From contig CAWAMW010000017.1 of the NCBI GenBank assembly GCA_963783305.1, forward strand, positions 256,001-320,000: 64,000 bases of DNA, written 5' to 3'. Shown here one piece after another: positions 27,997-37,557 of the stretch (position 1 is its first letter; each line of letters starts with the position of its first letter). This DNA comes from an uncultured Gemmatimonadales bacterium. Its GTDB lineage: Bacteria > Gemmatimonadota > Gemmatimonadetes > Longimicrobiales > RSA9. The translations under genes were made by a program, and so were the position numbers. Under the pieces are notes generated by a model. That model was not told the DNA's origin, searched no databases, and worked only from the letters and a program-made list of their open reading frames with translations.

Positions 27997-29411
27997 TCGG
28001 GGAGCTCGTGGTGACCGGTCTGCTCGCGATGACGGCGGGGGCAGCCACGGCCCCGGGGCCCCGGGCATCCATGGAGTCGAGCGCGCCGTCCTGTGGCGTT
28101 CCCGGCGCGGCCGGGCTCTTGGCGTCGATCGGCGACACGGTGCCGACGCTGGGGCTGACCGAGGCCGTGGCGGCGGCGCTGGTGAGCCACCCGCGGCTGG
28201 CGGGCGCGGAGTCCCGGGTCGGGGTGGCGGAAGCGGAGGCGGGGGAAGCGCGGTCGGCGCTGCTGCCGTCGCTGGCCGTCTCCGGGGTGGCGACACGGTA
28301 CGAGGAGCCCATGGTGGTGGCGCCGCTGCACGGGTTCGATCCCACGCGGCCGCCGGAGTTCGACACGGCGCTGTACCAGGCACATGCGAGCGCGGACTAT
28401 ACGCTTTTCGATGGCGGTGCCCGCCGGGCCCGGATCCGGGGGGCTGAGGCCAGCACTGTGGCGGCGGAGGCAGCCGCGCGGTCGGCGCGGGAGTCGGTGA
28501 TTGCGGAGGCGGTGCTGTCGTACCTGACGGCGCTGACGGCGCGGGAAATCGAATTCGCGCATGGTGCGCGTGTCGAGGCGCTGGAGGCGGAGCTCGCTCG
28601 CGCGCGGCGGTTCCTGGAGGAGGGGACGGCGCCGCGTGTGGCGGTGCTGCGGACGGAAGCCGCCTTGAGCGCGGCGCAGGCGGACCGTGAAGCGGCGCGC
28701 CAGCGGCTGCTCGTGGCGCTGAGGCGACTGGAGCGCGTGACGGGACTCGGCGCCCGTGTGACGGCCGCCCGGCTGGTGGACGTGCGCGCCGCCGGAGCGG
28801 GGGTCGAGCCGAGGGACGCGCTGCTGTCGGCGGCGGCGGCTACGAGCGCGGTGGTGGCGGAGGCGCGGGCCCGGGTGACGGCTGCGGGTGCAGCGGTCGG
28901 GGCGGCCCGGTCGTCGTTCCTTCCGCGTGTGTCGCTGACCGGGCGCTACAGCGCGTTCGCGGCGGCGAGCGTGGACCCGGCAATGGAGTGGCAGGCGGGG
29001 ATGCAGCTGAGCTATCCGCTCTTCACGGGTGGAAGGCGCCTGCGGCAGGTCGAGCGGGCGAGCTCGTTGGCCGACGCGGCGCGGGCGGAGGCTGAGCTGG
29101 CGGAGCGGGCGGTGGCGGATGCGGTGGATGCGGCGCTCCAGGCGTACCTGTCGGCGCTCGCACGGGTGGAAGCGCTGGAAGCGGCCGTGACGCAATCCGC
29201 TGAAGTCGTACGAATCGAGGCGCTGGCGCTGAGCGCGGGCGCGGGCGTCCAGACCGACTACCTCGCCGCTGAGGCGGAGCTGCTCCGTGCCCGGGCGGCC
29301 CTGTCGGATGCGCGGCACGGGATGGTGGAGGCGCGGGTGCGGCTGGCGCAGGCGACGGGCCGCCTCGACATGAACTGGGTGATGGAGTTGACGGAAGAGG
29401 TGGAGCGATGA
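27993..29411 (+). CDS. TolC family outer membrane efflux protein
   Basis: Two OEP repeats ('LLPSLAV...YTLFDGG', 'FLPRVSL...YPLFTGG'); operon context. Confidence 0.9.
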   Translation: MIGELVVTGLLAMTAGAATAPGPRASMESSAPSCGVPGAAGLLASIGDTVPTLGLTEAVAAALVSHPRLAGAESRVGVAEAEAGEARSALLPSLAVSGVATRYEEPMVVAPLHGFDPTRPPEFDTALYQAHASADYTLFDGGARRARIRGAEASTVAAEAAARSARESVIAEAVLSYLTALTAREIEFAHGARVEALEAELARARRFLEEGTAPRVAVLRTEAALSAAQADREAARQRLLVALRRLERVTGLGARVTAARLVDVRAAGAGVEPRDALLSAAAATSAVVAEARARVTAAGAAVGAARSSFLPRVSLTGRYSAFAAASVDPAMEWQAGMQLSYPLFTGGRRLRQVERASSLADAARAEAELAERAVADAVDAALQAYLSALARVEALEAAVTQSAEVVRIEALALSAGAGVQTDYLAAEAELLRARAALSDARHGMVEARVRLAQATGRLDMNWVMELTEEVER

Positions 29412-30418
29412 GGCGACGGATCGGGGTCGGGTTGGTGGTGGTGGCCGTGGTCGCGGTAGTGGCGATCCTGGTGCTCGGCGGAAGCGGTGACCGGGGAGCC
29501 CTGGAGGCATCCGGGACCGTGGAGGTCACGGAATCGGATCTGGGCTTCAATCTGCCGGGGCGCGTGGAATCCGTCGCTGTGCGGGAGGGCGACGCGGTGA
29601 CGGAGGGGCAGGTGCTGGCCCGGCTCGACGCCGCGGACCTGGTTGCGCGCCGTGCGGCGGCCGGCGCCCAGGTGGACGCCGCGCGCGCGGTGCTGGCCGA
29701 GATGGAAGCGGGCGGGCGCCCGGAGGACGTAGCGCAGGGGCGGGCGGCGGTGCGAGCGGCGGACCGGCGGCTGGAGGATGCGCGGCGGGACCTCGCGCGA
29801 GCGCGGCGGCTGCACGAAGGCGGCGCCATAAGCCGTGAGGCGCTGGACAAGGCGGAGACGGGACATACGGTGGCGGAAACCTCCCTGGACCAGGCCCGGG
29901 AGCAGCTGTCGGCGGTCACTGCGGGGCCGAGGGCCGAGCGCGTGGCGGCGCAGCGCGCATCGGTGCAAGGGGCGGAGGCGGCGGCGCGGGAGGTGGACGC
30001 GCGCCTCGCTCAGGCCACGGTGACGGCCCCGTTCACCGGTCGTGTAACGCTGCGACACCGGGAGCCGGGGGAGACCGTCCAGCCGGGGCAGCCGGTCGTC
30101 ACGATCATGGACCCGAACGACCGCTGGGTCCAGATCTACATCCCCGAGGATCGGATCGGAACGGTCGCCATCGGCCAGAGGGCGGTGATCACCTCCGACA
30201 GCTACCCCGACCGGGAGCACCAGGGGGAGGTGTCCTACATCGCCGGCGAAGCGGAGTTCACGCCGAGGAACGTGCAGACGCGGCAGGAGCGCGTAAAGCT
30301 GGTGTATGCCGTCCGCGTGCGGGTCCTGGACGACCCCGAGATGGTCCTGAAGCCGGGGGTCCCGGCGGACGTCGTCCTGATGGATGCCGGCACAGCGGGA
30401 GCGGCGGAATCCCCGTGA
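29408..30418 (+). CDS. HlyD family membrane fusion protein (YbhG-like)
   Basis: N-terminal TM, 'ASGTVE', 'VREGDAV', coiled coil, 'AEFTPRNVQT'. Confidence 0.93.
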   Translation: MRRRIGVGLVVVAVVAVVAILVLGGSGDRGALEASGTVEVTESDLGFNLPGRVESVAVREGDAVTEGQVLARLDAADLVARRAAAGAQVDAARAVLAEMEAGGRPEDVAQGRAAVRAADRRLEDARRDLARARRLHEGGAISREALDKAETGHTVAETSLDQAREQLSAVTAGPRAERVAAQRASVQGAEAAAREVDARLAQATVTAPFTGRVTLRHREPGETVQPGQPVVTIMDPNDRWVQIYIPEDRIGTVAIGQRAVITSDSYPDREHQGEVSYIAGEAEFTPRNVQTRQERVKLVYAVRVRVLDDPEMVLKPGVPADVVLMDAGTAGAAESP

Positions 30419-31368
30419 CCGGTGCGGGGGGCGTGGTTCGCGGCGAGCCGGCGGTGCTGGCGGATGGCCTGACACGGCGGTTCGGGCAGGTCGCCGCCGT
30501 GCGAGACCTGTCGTTTCGCGTGGAGGCGGGAGAGCTGTTCGGGCTGGTGGGGCCGGATGGGGCCGGCAAGACGACCACGCTCCGGATGCTCGCCGGCGTC
30601 CTGCCTCCCACGTCGGGGGAGGCCCGGGTCGCGGGCCATTCGGTGGTGGAGCACCCGGACGGGATCCGGCCGCACATCGCGTACATGCCGCAGCGATTCG
30701 GTCTCTACGAGGACCTGACGGTGCGGGAGAACCTGGACTTCTACGCGGACCTCTACCGCGTCCCGCGAAATGAGCGGCCATCCCGGCTAGAGCGCCTGTA
30801 CGCGTTCAGCAATCTGGGCGGCTTCCAGGAGCGACTGGCGGGGAATCTGTCGGGTGGCATGAAGCAGAAGCTTTCGCTGTCCTGCGCGCTCATTCACCGG
30901 CCCGACATCCTGCTGCTGGACGAGCCGACGTTCGGTGTGGATCCGATCAGCCGGCGCGACCTGTGGCTCATCCTCCACGAGATGGTCGAGGAGGGCGTGA
31001 CCATCGTGGTCTCGACGGCGTACATGGACGAAGCGGAGCGCTGCGACCGGGTGGCCTTCCTCCACGAGGGCCGGATCCTGGCGCTGGACACACCGAGCGC
31101 GCTCCAGGCCTCGCTTCCGGGGCGGATCCTGGAGGTGCGATCGGGGGATCCGCGTACGGCGCGGGACCGGCTGAGGTCACACCCCTCCGTCCGGCGGGCG
31201 TCGCTGTTCGGCGATGCCGTCCACGCCGTGGTGGCACCGGAAACGCCGCCCGAGTCGATTCGCGAAGCGCTGGAGCGGGACGGCGTCGACGTGCGGGAGG
31301 TCCGTGTAACCGACGCATCGCTCGAGGATATCTTCATCGAGCGGGTCGAGGCGGTGGAGCATGCCTGA
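30415..31368 (+). CDS. ABC transporter ATP-binding protein
   Basis: 'GPDGAGKT', 'LSGGMKQK', 'LLDEPT'. Confidence 0.96.
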   Translation: MTGAGGVVRGEPAVLADGLTRRFGQVAAVRDLSFRVEAGELFGLVGPDGAGKTTTLRMLAGVLPPTSGEARVAGHSVVEHPDGIRPHIAYMPQRFGLYEDLTVRENLDFYADLYRVPRNERPSRLERLYAFSNLGGFQERLAGNLSGGMKQKLSLSCALIHRPDILLLDEPTFGVDPISRRDLWLILHEMVEEGVTIVVSTAYMDEAERCDRVAFLHEGRILALDTPSALQASLPGRILEVRSGDPRTARDRLRSHPSVRRASLFGDAVHAVVAPETPPESIREALERDGVDVREVRVTDASLEDIFIERVEAVEHA

Positions 31369-32323
31369 CCACGAGAACGCGGCGATCCGCGCCCGCTCCC
31401 TGACGCGGACGTTCGGCGACTTCACGGCGGTGGACGACGTGAGCTTCGACGTGGCCGAGGGGGAGATCTTCGGCTTCCTGGGCCCGAACGGGGCGGGCAA
31501 GACCACCACCATCAAGATGCTGATCGGACTGCTGCGGCCTACCTCCGGCAGCGCGGTGGTGGCGGGGCTGGATGTCACCACGCCCGGGAACGCGCTGCGG
31601 CAGCGGATTGGCTACATGTCGCAGAAGTTCTCCCTGTACCCGGACCTGACCGTGGACGAGAACATCGAGCTGTTCGCCGGGCTGTACGGGGTTACCGGCG
31701 AGCGGTACCGGGAGCGGAAGTCGTGGGTCCTGCGGATGGCGGATCTGGAGGAGCGTTCGGGGCGCCTCACGAGCGATCTCCCGCTGGGCTGGAAGCAGCG
31801 CCTCGCACTGGGGTGCGCGGTCCTGCACGAGCCGCCCATCCTGCTGCTGGACGAGCCCACATCGGGCGTGGACCCGCTGGCCCGGCGCAGGTTCTGGGAC
31901 CTCATCGACGCGCTCTCCGCGACGGGCACGACCGTCCTGGTGAGCACGCACTACATGGAGGAGGCGGAGTACTGCCATCGCCTGGCACTCATGAACCGCG
32001 GGCGCCTGATCGCGCTGGACACCCCCGCCCGTCTCCGAGAGGCGCTGGACCAGCCGATCTTCGAAGTGAAGCTGGGGTCGCCCGCGCGGGCGGTCGAAGC
32101 GCTCACGGGCGCCGCCGGGGTGATGGAGGCGGCCATGTTCGGGAGAGCGGTACACGTAATGACCGCGGCCGCGGAGGGCGGTGTAGCGGGTGGTGATGAG
32201 GTCGTCCGCACGCTCCTGGCAGAAGCGGGGCTGGAGCCTGAGTCGGTGGAAGCGGTCCCTCCATCCCTCGAGGATGTCTTCGTGGCGCTGGTGCGCCGCG
32301 AGGGCGGGGCACGGGAGGGGTGA
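31361..32323 (+). CDS. ABC transporter ATP-binding protein
   Basis: 'GPNGAGKT', 'LPLGWKQR', 'LLDEPTSGVD', 'STHY'. Confidence 0.96.
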   Translation: MPDHENAAIRARSLTRTFGDFTAVDDVSFDVAEGEIFGFLGPNGAGKTTTIKMLIGLLRPTSGSAVVAGLDVTTPGNALRQRIGYMSQKFSLYPDLTVDENIELFAGLYGVTGERYRERKSWVLRMADLEERSGRLTSDLPLGWKQRLALGCAVLHEPPILLLDEPTSGVDPLARRRFWDLIDALSATGTTVLVSTHYMEEAEYCHRLALMNRGRLIALDTPARLREALDQPIFEVKLGSPARAVEALTGAAGVMEAAMFGRAVHVMTAAAEGGVAGGDEVVRTLLAEAGLEPESVEAVPPSLEDVFVALVRREGGAREG

Positions 32324-33438
32324 TGAGCTGGATGCGGCTGCGCGCCATGGCGCGGAAGGAGTGGATCCAGCTGCGGCGGGATCCCCGGAGCATGACCATG
32401 GCGTTCATCCTTCCGGTCCTGATGCTCCTCTTCTTCGGCTACGCCATCACGTGGGACGTCCGTGACCTGGAGCTGCGGGTGCTGGATCAGGACCGGACGG
32501 CCCGGAGCCGCGGGCTGGTGGAGGCGTTCCAGGGGAGCGGCTACTTCACGATCGAAGAGCGCCTGGACGGGTACGACGCGGTGGACGCGGCGGTGGGCCG
32601 TGGGAACGCGGCATCGGTGCTGGTGATTCCGCCGGGGTTCGCGCGGGACCTGGCCGCCGGCCGCCGCGCCGCTGTCCAGCTGCTGCTCGACGGCGCTGAC
32701 GCCAACAGCGCGACGATCGCGTACGGCTATGCGACCTCCATCGTCGACCGCTGGTCGCGCGACGTGGTGCTGTCCGGAAGGTCGATCCAGGTACCGCTGG
32801 AAGCGGACGTCCGCACGTGGTACAACCCCTCGCTGGAGAGCCGCAACATGATCGTCCCGGGTCTCATCGCGGTGATCATGATGACCATCGCCGCCATGCT
32901 CACGGCGCTCACCATCGCCCGCGAGTGGGAACGGGGGACCATGGAGCAGCTGGCGTCCACTCCCGCCACCCGGCTCGAGATCCTGCTGGGGAAGCTGATC
33001 CCCTACGTGCTGATCGGGGTGGTGGACGTGGGGCTGATCGTGGCCGCGGGGATCCTCGTGTTCCACGTCCCGTTCCGCGGGCCGGTGGTGGTCTTCTTCC
33101 TCCAGACGGTGCTCTTCCTCGTGGGCGCGCTCGGACTCGGAATGGTGATCTCGGCGGTGGCCAAGACGCAGTTCCTGGCCACACAGATCGCGCTCCTCGC
33201 CACGCTGCTCCCGGCCATGCTGCTGAGCGGGTTCCTGTTCGAGATCGCCGCCATGCCTCCGATCCTGCAGGCGGTGACCTACGCGGTACCCGCGCGGTAT
33301 TACGTCGTCGTGGCGCGGGGAATCATGCTGAAGGGCGTGGGCCCGGACGTGCTCTGGGTCCAGTCAGCCTTCATGGTGGCCTTCGCGGTGATCGGCTTCG
33401 GCCTCGCCATGCGGGTCTTCAGGAAGGAGATCGCGTGA
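32320..33438 (+). CDS. ABC-2 transporter permease (YbhS-like)
   Basis: 'KEWIQLRRDP', 'WYNP', 'AREWERGTMEQL', 'LLSG'. Confidence 0.94.
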   Translation: MMSWMRLRAMARKEWIQLRRDPRSMTMAFILPVLMLLFFGYAITWDVRDLELRVLDQDRTARSRGLVEAFQGSGYFTIEERLDGYDAVDAAVGRGNAASVLVIPPGFARDLAAGRRAAVQLLLDGADANSATIAYGYATSIVDRWSRDVVLSGRSIQVPLEADVRTWYNPSLESRNMIVPGLIAVIMMTIAAMLTALTIAREWERGTMEQLASTPATRLEILLGKLIPYVLIGVVDVGLIVAAGILVFHVPFRGPVVVFFLQTVLFLVGALGLGMVISAVAKTQFLATQIALLATLLPAMLLSGFLFEIAAMPPILQAVTYAVPARYYVVVARGIMLKGVGPDVLWVQSAFMVAFAVIGFGLAMRVFRKEIA

Positions 33439-34559
33439 CCGGCCTGAGCCGCACCCGGGTACTGCGGCTGATCCGCAAAGAGCTGCGGCAGATCTTCCGG
33501 GATCCGCGCATGAAGCGCATCATCTTCGTGGCGCCGATGTTCCAGCTCGTGGTCTTCGGCTATGCGGTGAACACGGATATCCGGGAGACACCTCTCTTTG
33601 TCGTGAGCCAAGACCGGTCTGCGGACTCACGTGACCTGGTGGACGCCCTTACCGCCTCCGGGTACTTCCGGGTCGCGGGGCGCTCACAGTCTTCGTCGGA
33701 TCTCACGCGCGCACTGGACACCGGCCGCGCCATCGTGGGGCTGGAGATCCCGCCGGACTTCGCCCGCCGGCTCCGCAGCGGGGAGGGCGCATCGGTGCAG
33801 CTGCTGGTGGACGGCAGCAACTCGAACACGGCCACGGTGGCGCAGGGAAACGCGCTTCGGATCATTCGCGACTTCACCGAGCGGCGGATGGCCCGGGCGG
33901 CCGGCGGGCGGCCGGCGGGCGTGGACCTTCGGATGCGGGCGTGGTTCAATCCCGACCTGGCGAGCCGCGTCTACAACGTGCCGGGGGTGCTGGGGGTCAT
34001 CGTGCTCCTGATGACGCTGCTGCTCACCGCCCTCACGGTGGTGCGGGAGCGGGAAATGGGCACGCTGGAGCAGCTCCAGGTGACGCCGCTGCAGCCGGCC
34101 GAGCTGATCCTGGGGAAGACGATCCCCGTGGCGCTCATCGCCCTCGTGCAGTTCGCGCTGATCATGGTCGTGGCGATTTTCTGGTTCCACATCCCGTTCC
34201 GCGGGAACCTGCTGGCGCTGACCGCCGCCGCGCTGATCTACATCGTGTCGGGCCTCTCGTTCGGGCTCCTCATCTCCACCGTGGCCCGCACGCTCCAGGA
34301 AGCGCTCATGGTGATGTTCCTCTTCTTCATGCCCGCCATCATCCTCAGCGGGTTCATGTTCCCGATCTTCACCATGCCCCCGCTCTTCCAGTGGCTCACG
34401 CTGCTGAATCCCGTCCGCCATTTCCTGGAGATCGTTCGGGCGGTGTTCCTCAAGGGCTATGGCCCGGCGGAGCTGTGGCCGCAGTACGCCGCCCTGCTCG
34501 CCATGGCGGGGATCGGGCTCACGGCCGCGCGTTGGCGGCTGGGGCGCCGCGGGATATAG
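33435..34559 (+). CDS. ABC-2 transporter permease (YbhR-like)
   Basis: GTG start overlaps the previous stop; 'KELRQIFRD', 'WFNP', 'REREMGTLEQL'. Confidence 0.94.
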   Translation: MTGLSRTRVLRLIRKELRQIFRDPRMKRIIFVAPMFQLVVFGYAVNTDIRETPLFVVSQDRSADSRDLVDALTASGYFRVAGRSQSSSDLTRALDTGRAIVGLEIPPDFARRLRSGEGASVQLLVDGSNSNTATVAQGNALRIIRDFTERRMARAAGGRPAGVDLRMRAWFNPDLASRVYNVPGVLGVIVLLMTLLLTALTVVREREMGTLEQLQVTPLQPAELILGKTIPVALIALVQFALIMVVAIFWFHIPFRGNLLALTAAALIYIVSGLSFGLLISTVARTLQEALMVMFLFFMPAIILSGFMFPIFTMPPLFQWLTLLNPVRHFLEIVRAVFLKGYGPAELWPQYAALLAMAGIGLTAARWRLGRRGI

Positions 34560-34594
34560 CGCCCGGAGCGGCCCGGCTCATCCGCCGCGCCCTG

Positions 34595-35509
34595 CTAGAG
34601 CCGGAATCCCCGCAGGAGCCGCTTCTCCTTCTCGCCTTCGATGCGCGCCTCCAGATCGATGTACGGCTCGAGGCCGCTCCCCTTCAGCTTGTCGCGAAAG
34701 AGCTGGTCGAGCTGGAACACACCGGCGGAGTTGGTCATCTCGATGACCAGCCGGATGGGCTTGCTCTCGCCGCGCTCGATGTGGACCTGGTCGATGGCGG
34801 CGGCGGAGACGCTGTGAATGCTGACGGAGCTCTCTCGCTCGAAGGGAATCCGTGAGCGGCCCTTGGCCATGTCGAGCGCATCGGCGATCCGGACGATCCC
34901 GGCCTCGATCGTGAGCGGCTTCCCGCCGGAGCGGTGGGCGATGATGGCGTGGAGCACCTCGCTGCGGACGACGGCCGCGCGAGCGGGGTCGTAGATCTCC
35001 GTGAGCATCTCCCGCAGCTTCATCTGGGCGACGAAGAGCGAGTAGTTCTCGTGGTCGGCGCGGTGGATCGACATTCCCAGGTCGTGGAAGAGGGCGGCCA
35101 GCGCCACGACCACCTCCGCGTCCTCCCGCTCCAGCCCGTGGTCGCGGACGATTCCGAACGGCACTTCCGCGTCGGCCAGGAGCCGGAACAGGCGGACGGC
35201 GATGTTCATGACGATCTTGACGTGGACCGGTCCGTGGTCGGTCATCCCGAGCCGGCTGATGGCGGTGACGTTGGCGGCGGTCCAGAGGGCGTAGAGGTCG
35301 TCGTCGTCGTTTACGAGCTCGATGATCCGGGCGAGGCGGCGGTTGTCGCGGTCGGGGACGTTCATGACCACGCGTTGCGCCATGCGCTCGGCCAGGGTGC
35401 GCGGATACTCGCGCTCGATGGCCTGCTCGGACGGCGGGTCCTCGGCCCCGCGACTCGCGTCCCCGTCGCCCTCGGGGCCCCCGGCGTCCGGTCGGTTCAG
35501 GTCGTTCAC
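34595..35509 (-). CDS. HD-domain metal-dependent phosphohydrolase
   Basis: 'DHGPVH', 'FHDLG', 'AHR', 'IADALD'; overlaps the purK stop. Confidence 0.88.
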   Translation of the reverse strand: MNDLNRPDAGGPEGDGDASRGAEDPPSEQAIEREYPRTLAERMAQRVVMNVPDRDNRRLARIIELVNDDDDLYALWTAANVTAISRLGMTDHGPVHVKIVMNIAVRLFRLLADAEVPFGIVRDHGLEREDAEVVVALAALFHDLGMSIHRADHENYSLFVAQMKLREMLTEIYDPARAAVVRSEVLHAIIAHRSGGKPLTIEAGIVRIADALDMAKGRSRIPFERESSVSIHSVSAAAIDQVHIERGESKPIRLVIEMTNSAGVFQLDQLFRDKLKGSGLEPYIDLEARIEGEKEKRLLRGFRL

Positions 35510-36603
35510 AGCCGCATCCCCTGGAGCTCGCGGAGCATCGGCACCGTGTCGCGCACGAGGATGGGGTCATCGTGCCGTACGGTGACGTGGCCCACCTTGC
35601 GCCCCGGCCGCGGTTCCTTGCCGTAGAGGTGCAGGTGGACGTGGGGGTGGCGAAGCACGTCGGCGGTATCGGGCAGCGCGCCGATGAGGTTGATCATGGC
35701 GGAGTGGCCGCAGAGCGCGGTAGAGCCGAGGGGCAGCCCGAGCACGGCGCGGACGTGGTTCTCGAACTGGCTGGTCTCCGCCCCTTCGATGGTCCAGTGC
35801 CCGGAGTTGTGCACACGTGGCGCCATCTCGTTGGCCAGGAGCCGGTCGCCCACCTGGAAGAGCTCGATGGCGAGCACGCCCACGTAGTCGAGGTCCTCGA
35901 GCACCCGGCGGGCATAGCCCTCCGCCCGGGCCTGAAGCTCCGGCCGGAGGTGGGGTGCGGGCGCGAAGGAGAGCCTGAGAATCCCCTCCTCGTGATGGTT
36001 CTCGACCAGCGGGTAGGACGCGATGCGGCCGCTGGGGTCGCGCACCGCGATGATGGAAAGCTCACGATCGAACTCCACCAGCCCCTCGAGCAACATGGGG
36101 ACGCCCCCGACCTGGTCCCACGCCGCCTGCATATCAGCCGCGTCCCGGATGACCGCCTGCCCCTTGCCATCATAGCCGAAGCGACGGGTTTTCAGGACTG
36201 CCGGCATCCCGACCTCCTCCACCGCCGCCCGCAGCTCCTCCAGGGTGTCGGCCGCCGCAAACGGCGCGGTGTCGATCCCGTGGTCGCGAAAGAACGACTT
36301 CTCGATGAGCCGATCCTGCGCCACTTCCAGCGCACGGCGCCCCGGCCGGACCGGTACACGGTCGTCGAGATGGTCGAGGGCGAACGCGTCCACATTCTCG
36401 AACTCGTACGTGACCGCGTCCAGGTTGGTCACGAAGCGGTCCAGAGCGTCCGGATCGTCATAGCGCGCGGCGAGGACTTCGGCCACGTCCCCGGACGCGT
36501 CCGGCTCCTTGGGGTCGAGAAGGCGCGTGTGAACGCCCAGCGGGTACGCCGCCAGCGCCATCATCCGGCCGAGCTGGCCACCGCCCAGGATCCCGAGTCG
36601 CAT
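35506..36603 (-). CDS. purK: N5-carboxyaminoimidazole ribonucleotide synthase
   Basis: '[12 protein letters not shown]', 'TYEFENV', 'GYDGKGQ', '[14 protein letters not shown]', '[13 protein letters not shown]'. Confidence 0.98.
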   Translation of the reverse strand: MRLGILGGGQLGRMMALAAYPLGVHTRLLDPKEPDASGDVAEVLAARYDDPDALDRFVTNLDAVTYEFENVDAFALDHLDDRVPVRPGRRALEVAQDRLIEKSFFRDHGIDTAPFAAADTLEELRAAVEEVGMPAVLKTRRFGYDGKGQAVIRDAADMQAAWDQVGGVPMLLEGLVEFDRELSIIAVRDPSGRIASYPLVENHHEEGILRLSFAPAPHLRPELQARAEGYARRVLEDLDYVGVLAIELFQVGDRLLANEMAPRVHNSGHWTIEGAETSQFENHVRAVLGLPLGSTALCGHSAMINLIGALPDTADVLRHPHVHLHLYGKEPRPGRKVGHVTVRHDDPILVRDTVPMLRELQGMRL

Positions 36604-37100
36604 CACGCCTCCGATGGGTCGGGGTGGCTCAGGACACGCTCCGTCTGCGCTTCCCTGTACGCATCCAGAGCGTCGCGGATCTCGGCGTGCTTGTTCGACA
36701 GGATCGAGGCCGCCAGGAGCGCTGCGTTGACCGCACCGCTACGCCCGATCGCCAGCGTCCCTACCGGAACGCCCCGGGGCATCTGCACCATGGAAAGGAG
36801 CGAGTCCATGCCGTTCAGCGCCCGGCTCTTCACGGGAACGCCAAGGACGGGCAGCGTGGTCTTGGCGGCCGTCATCCCCGGAAGGTGCGCCGCGCCACCC
36901 GCCCCGGCGATGATCACCTCGAGCCCCCGGTCCCGGGCGGAGCCGGCATATTCGTAGAGCAGGTCGGGAGTGCGGTGGGCGCTCACCACCCGCTTCTCGT
37001 ACCACACGCCGAGCTCATCGAGCGTCTCGGCGGCATGGCGCATGGTCTCCCAGTCGGACGTCGAGCCCATGATCAGGCCGACGAGAGGGGTCTTGGACAT
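36603..37100 (-). CDS. purE: N5-carboxyaminoimidazole ribonucleotide mutase
   Basis: 'IMGSTSD', 'SAHRTP', '[12 protein letters not shown]', '[11 protein letters not shown]'. Confidence 0.98.
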   Translation of the reverse strand: MSKTPLVGLIMGSTSDWETMRHAAETLDELGVWYEKRVVSAHRTPDLLYEYAGSARDRGLEVIIAGAGGAAHLPGMTAAKTTLPVLGVPVKSRALNGMDSLLSMVQMPRGVPVGTLAIGRSGAVNAALLAASILSNKHAEIRDALDAYREAQTERVLSHPDPSEA

Positions 37101-37189
37101 TGGATCTTCCTTTTGGAGGCCGGTGCTGACGGTAACCTACGGGAGATGGAGCGGTCGGCAAGGCGGCGCGGGCCGGGATAACGGGGACG

Positions 37190-37266
37190 GCTCACGGTTC
37201 ACGGTTCACGGTTCACGGTTCACAGTTCACAGTTCACAGTTCACAGTTCACGGTTCACAGTTCACG
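37190..37266. repeat. heptamer tandem array (GTTCACR x10 plus one degenerate unit)
   Basis: Direct reading. Confidence 0.95.
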
Positions 37267-37318
37267 GGGAACCAAGTCCGGCAGCGGTCCGTTGATCGAG
37301 GATCCTCGACCGTTCCGT

Positions 37319-37388
37319 GGTTCGCGGTTCGTGGTTCGTGGTTCGTGGTCCGTGTTCTGTGTTCTGTGTTCTGTGTTCTGTGTTCTGC
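37319..37388. repeat. heptamer tandem arrays (GGTTCGT-like x5, then GTTCTGT-like x5)
   Basis: Direct reading. Confidence 0.95.
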
Positions 37389-37557
37389 GGCCATGGTGAG
37401 CTCGGTGCCGGACAGTTCGGGTCGGGCGCTGACGCGCGGGTCTCCCCTATATTCACTGGTGATCAGTACCGCCATCTGTTCCCCCTCGTATTGCGTGGGT
37501 GGGACGTGGGGGTTCTAATCCAGTCATCGCACGCGCACCCGCAGAGCGCATTCCCGA

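Noticed and set aside
27370..34559. Efflux operon as a novel system
   Set aside because: Ordinary TetR-TolC-YbhG-split YbhF-YbhS-YbhR arrangement
37100..37190. Purine or ZTP riboswitch upstream of purE
   Set aside because: The probable -10 box is only about 35 nt from the start codon and no aptamer consensus is visible
37190..37388. Repeat arrays as CRISPR or as coding ORFs (e.g. 36970..37518, 37248..37475)
   Set aside because: 7-bp units without spacers and no cas genes; the translations merely reflect the repeat
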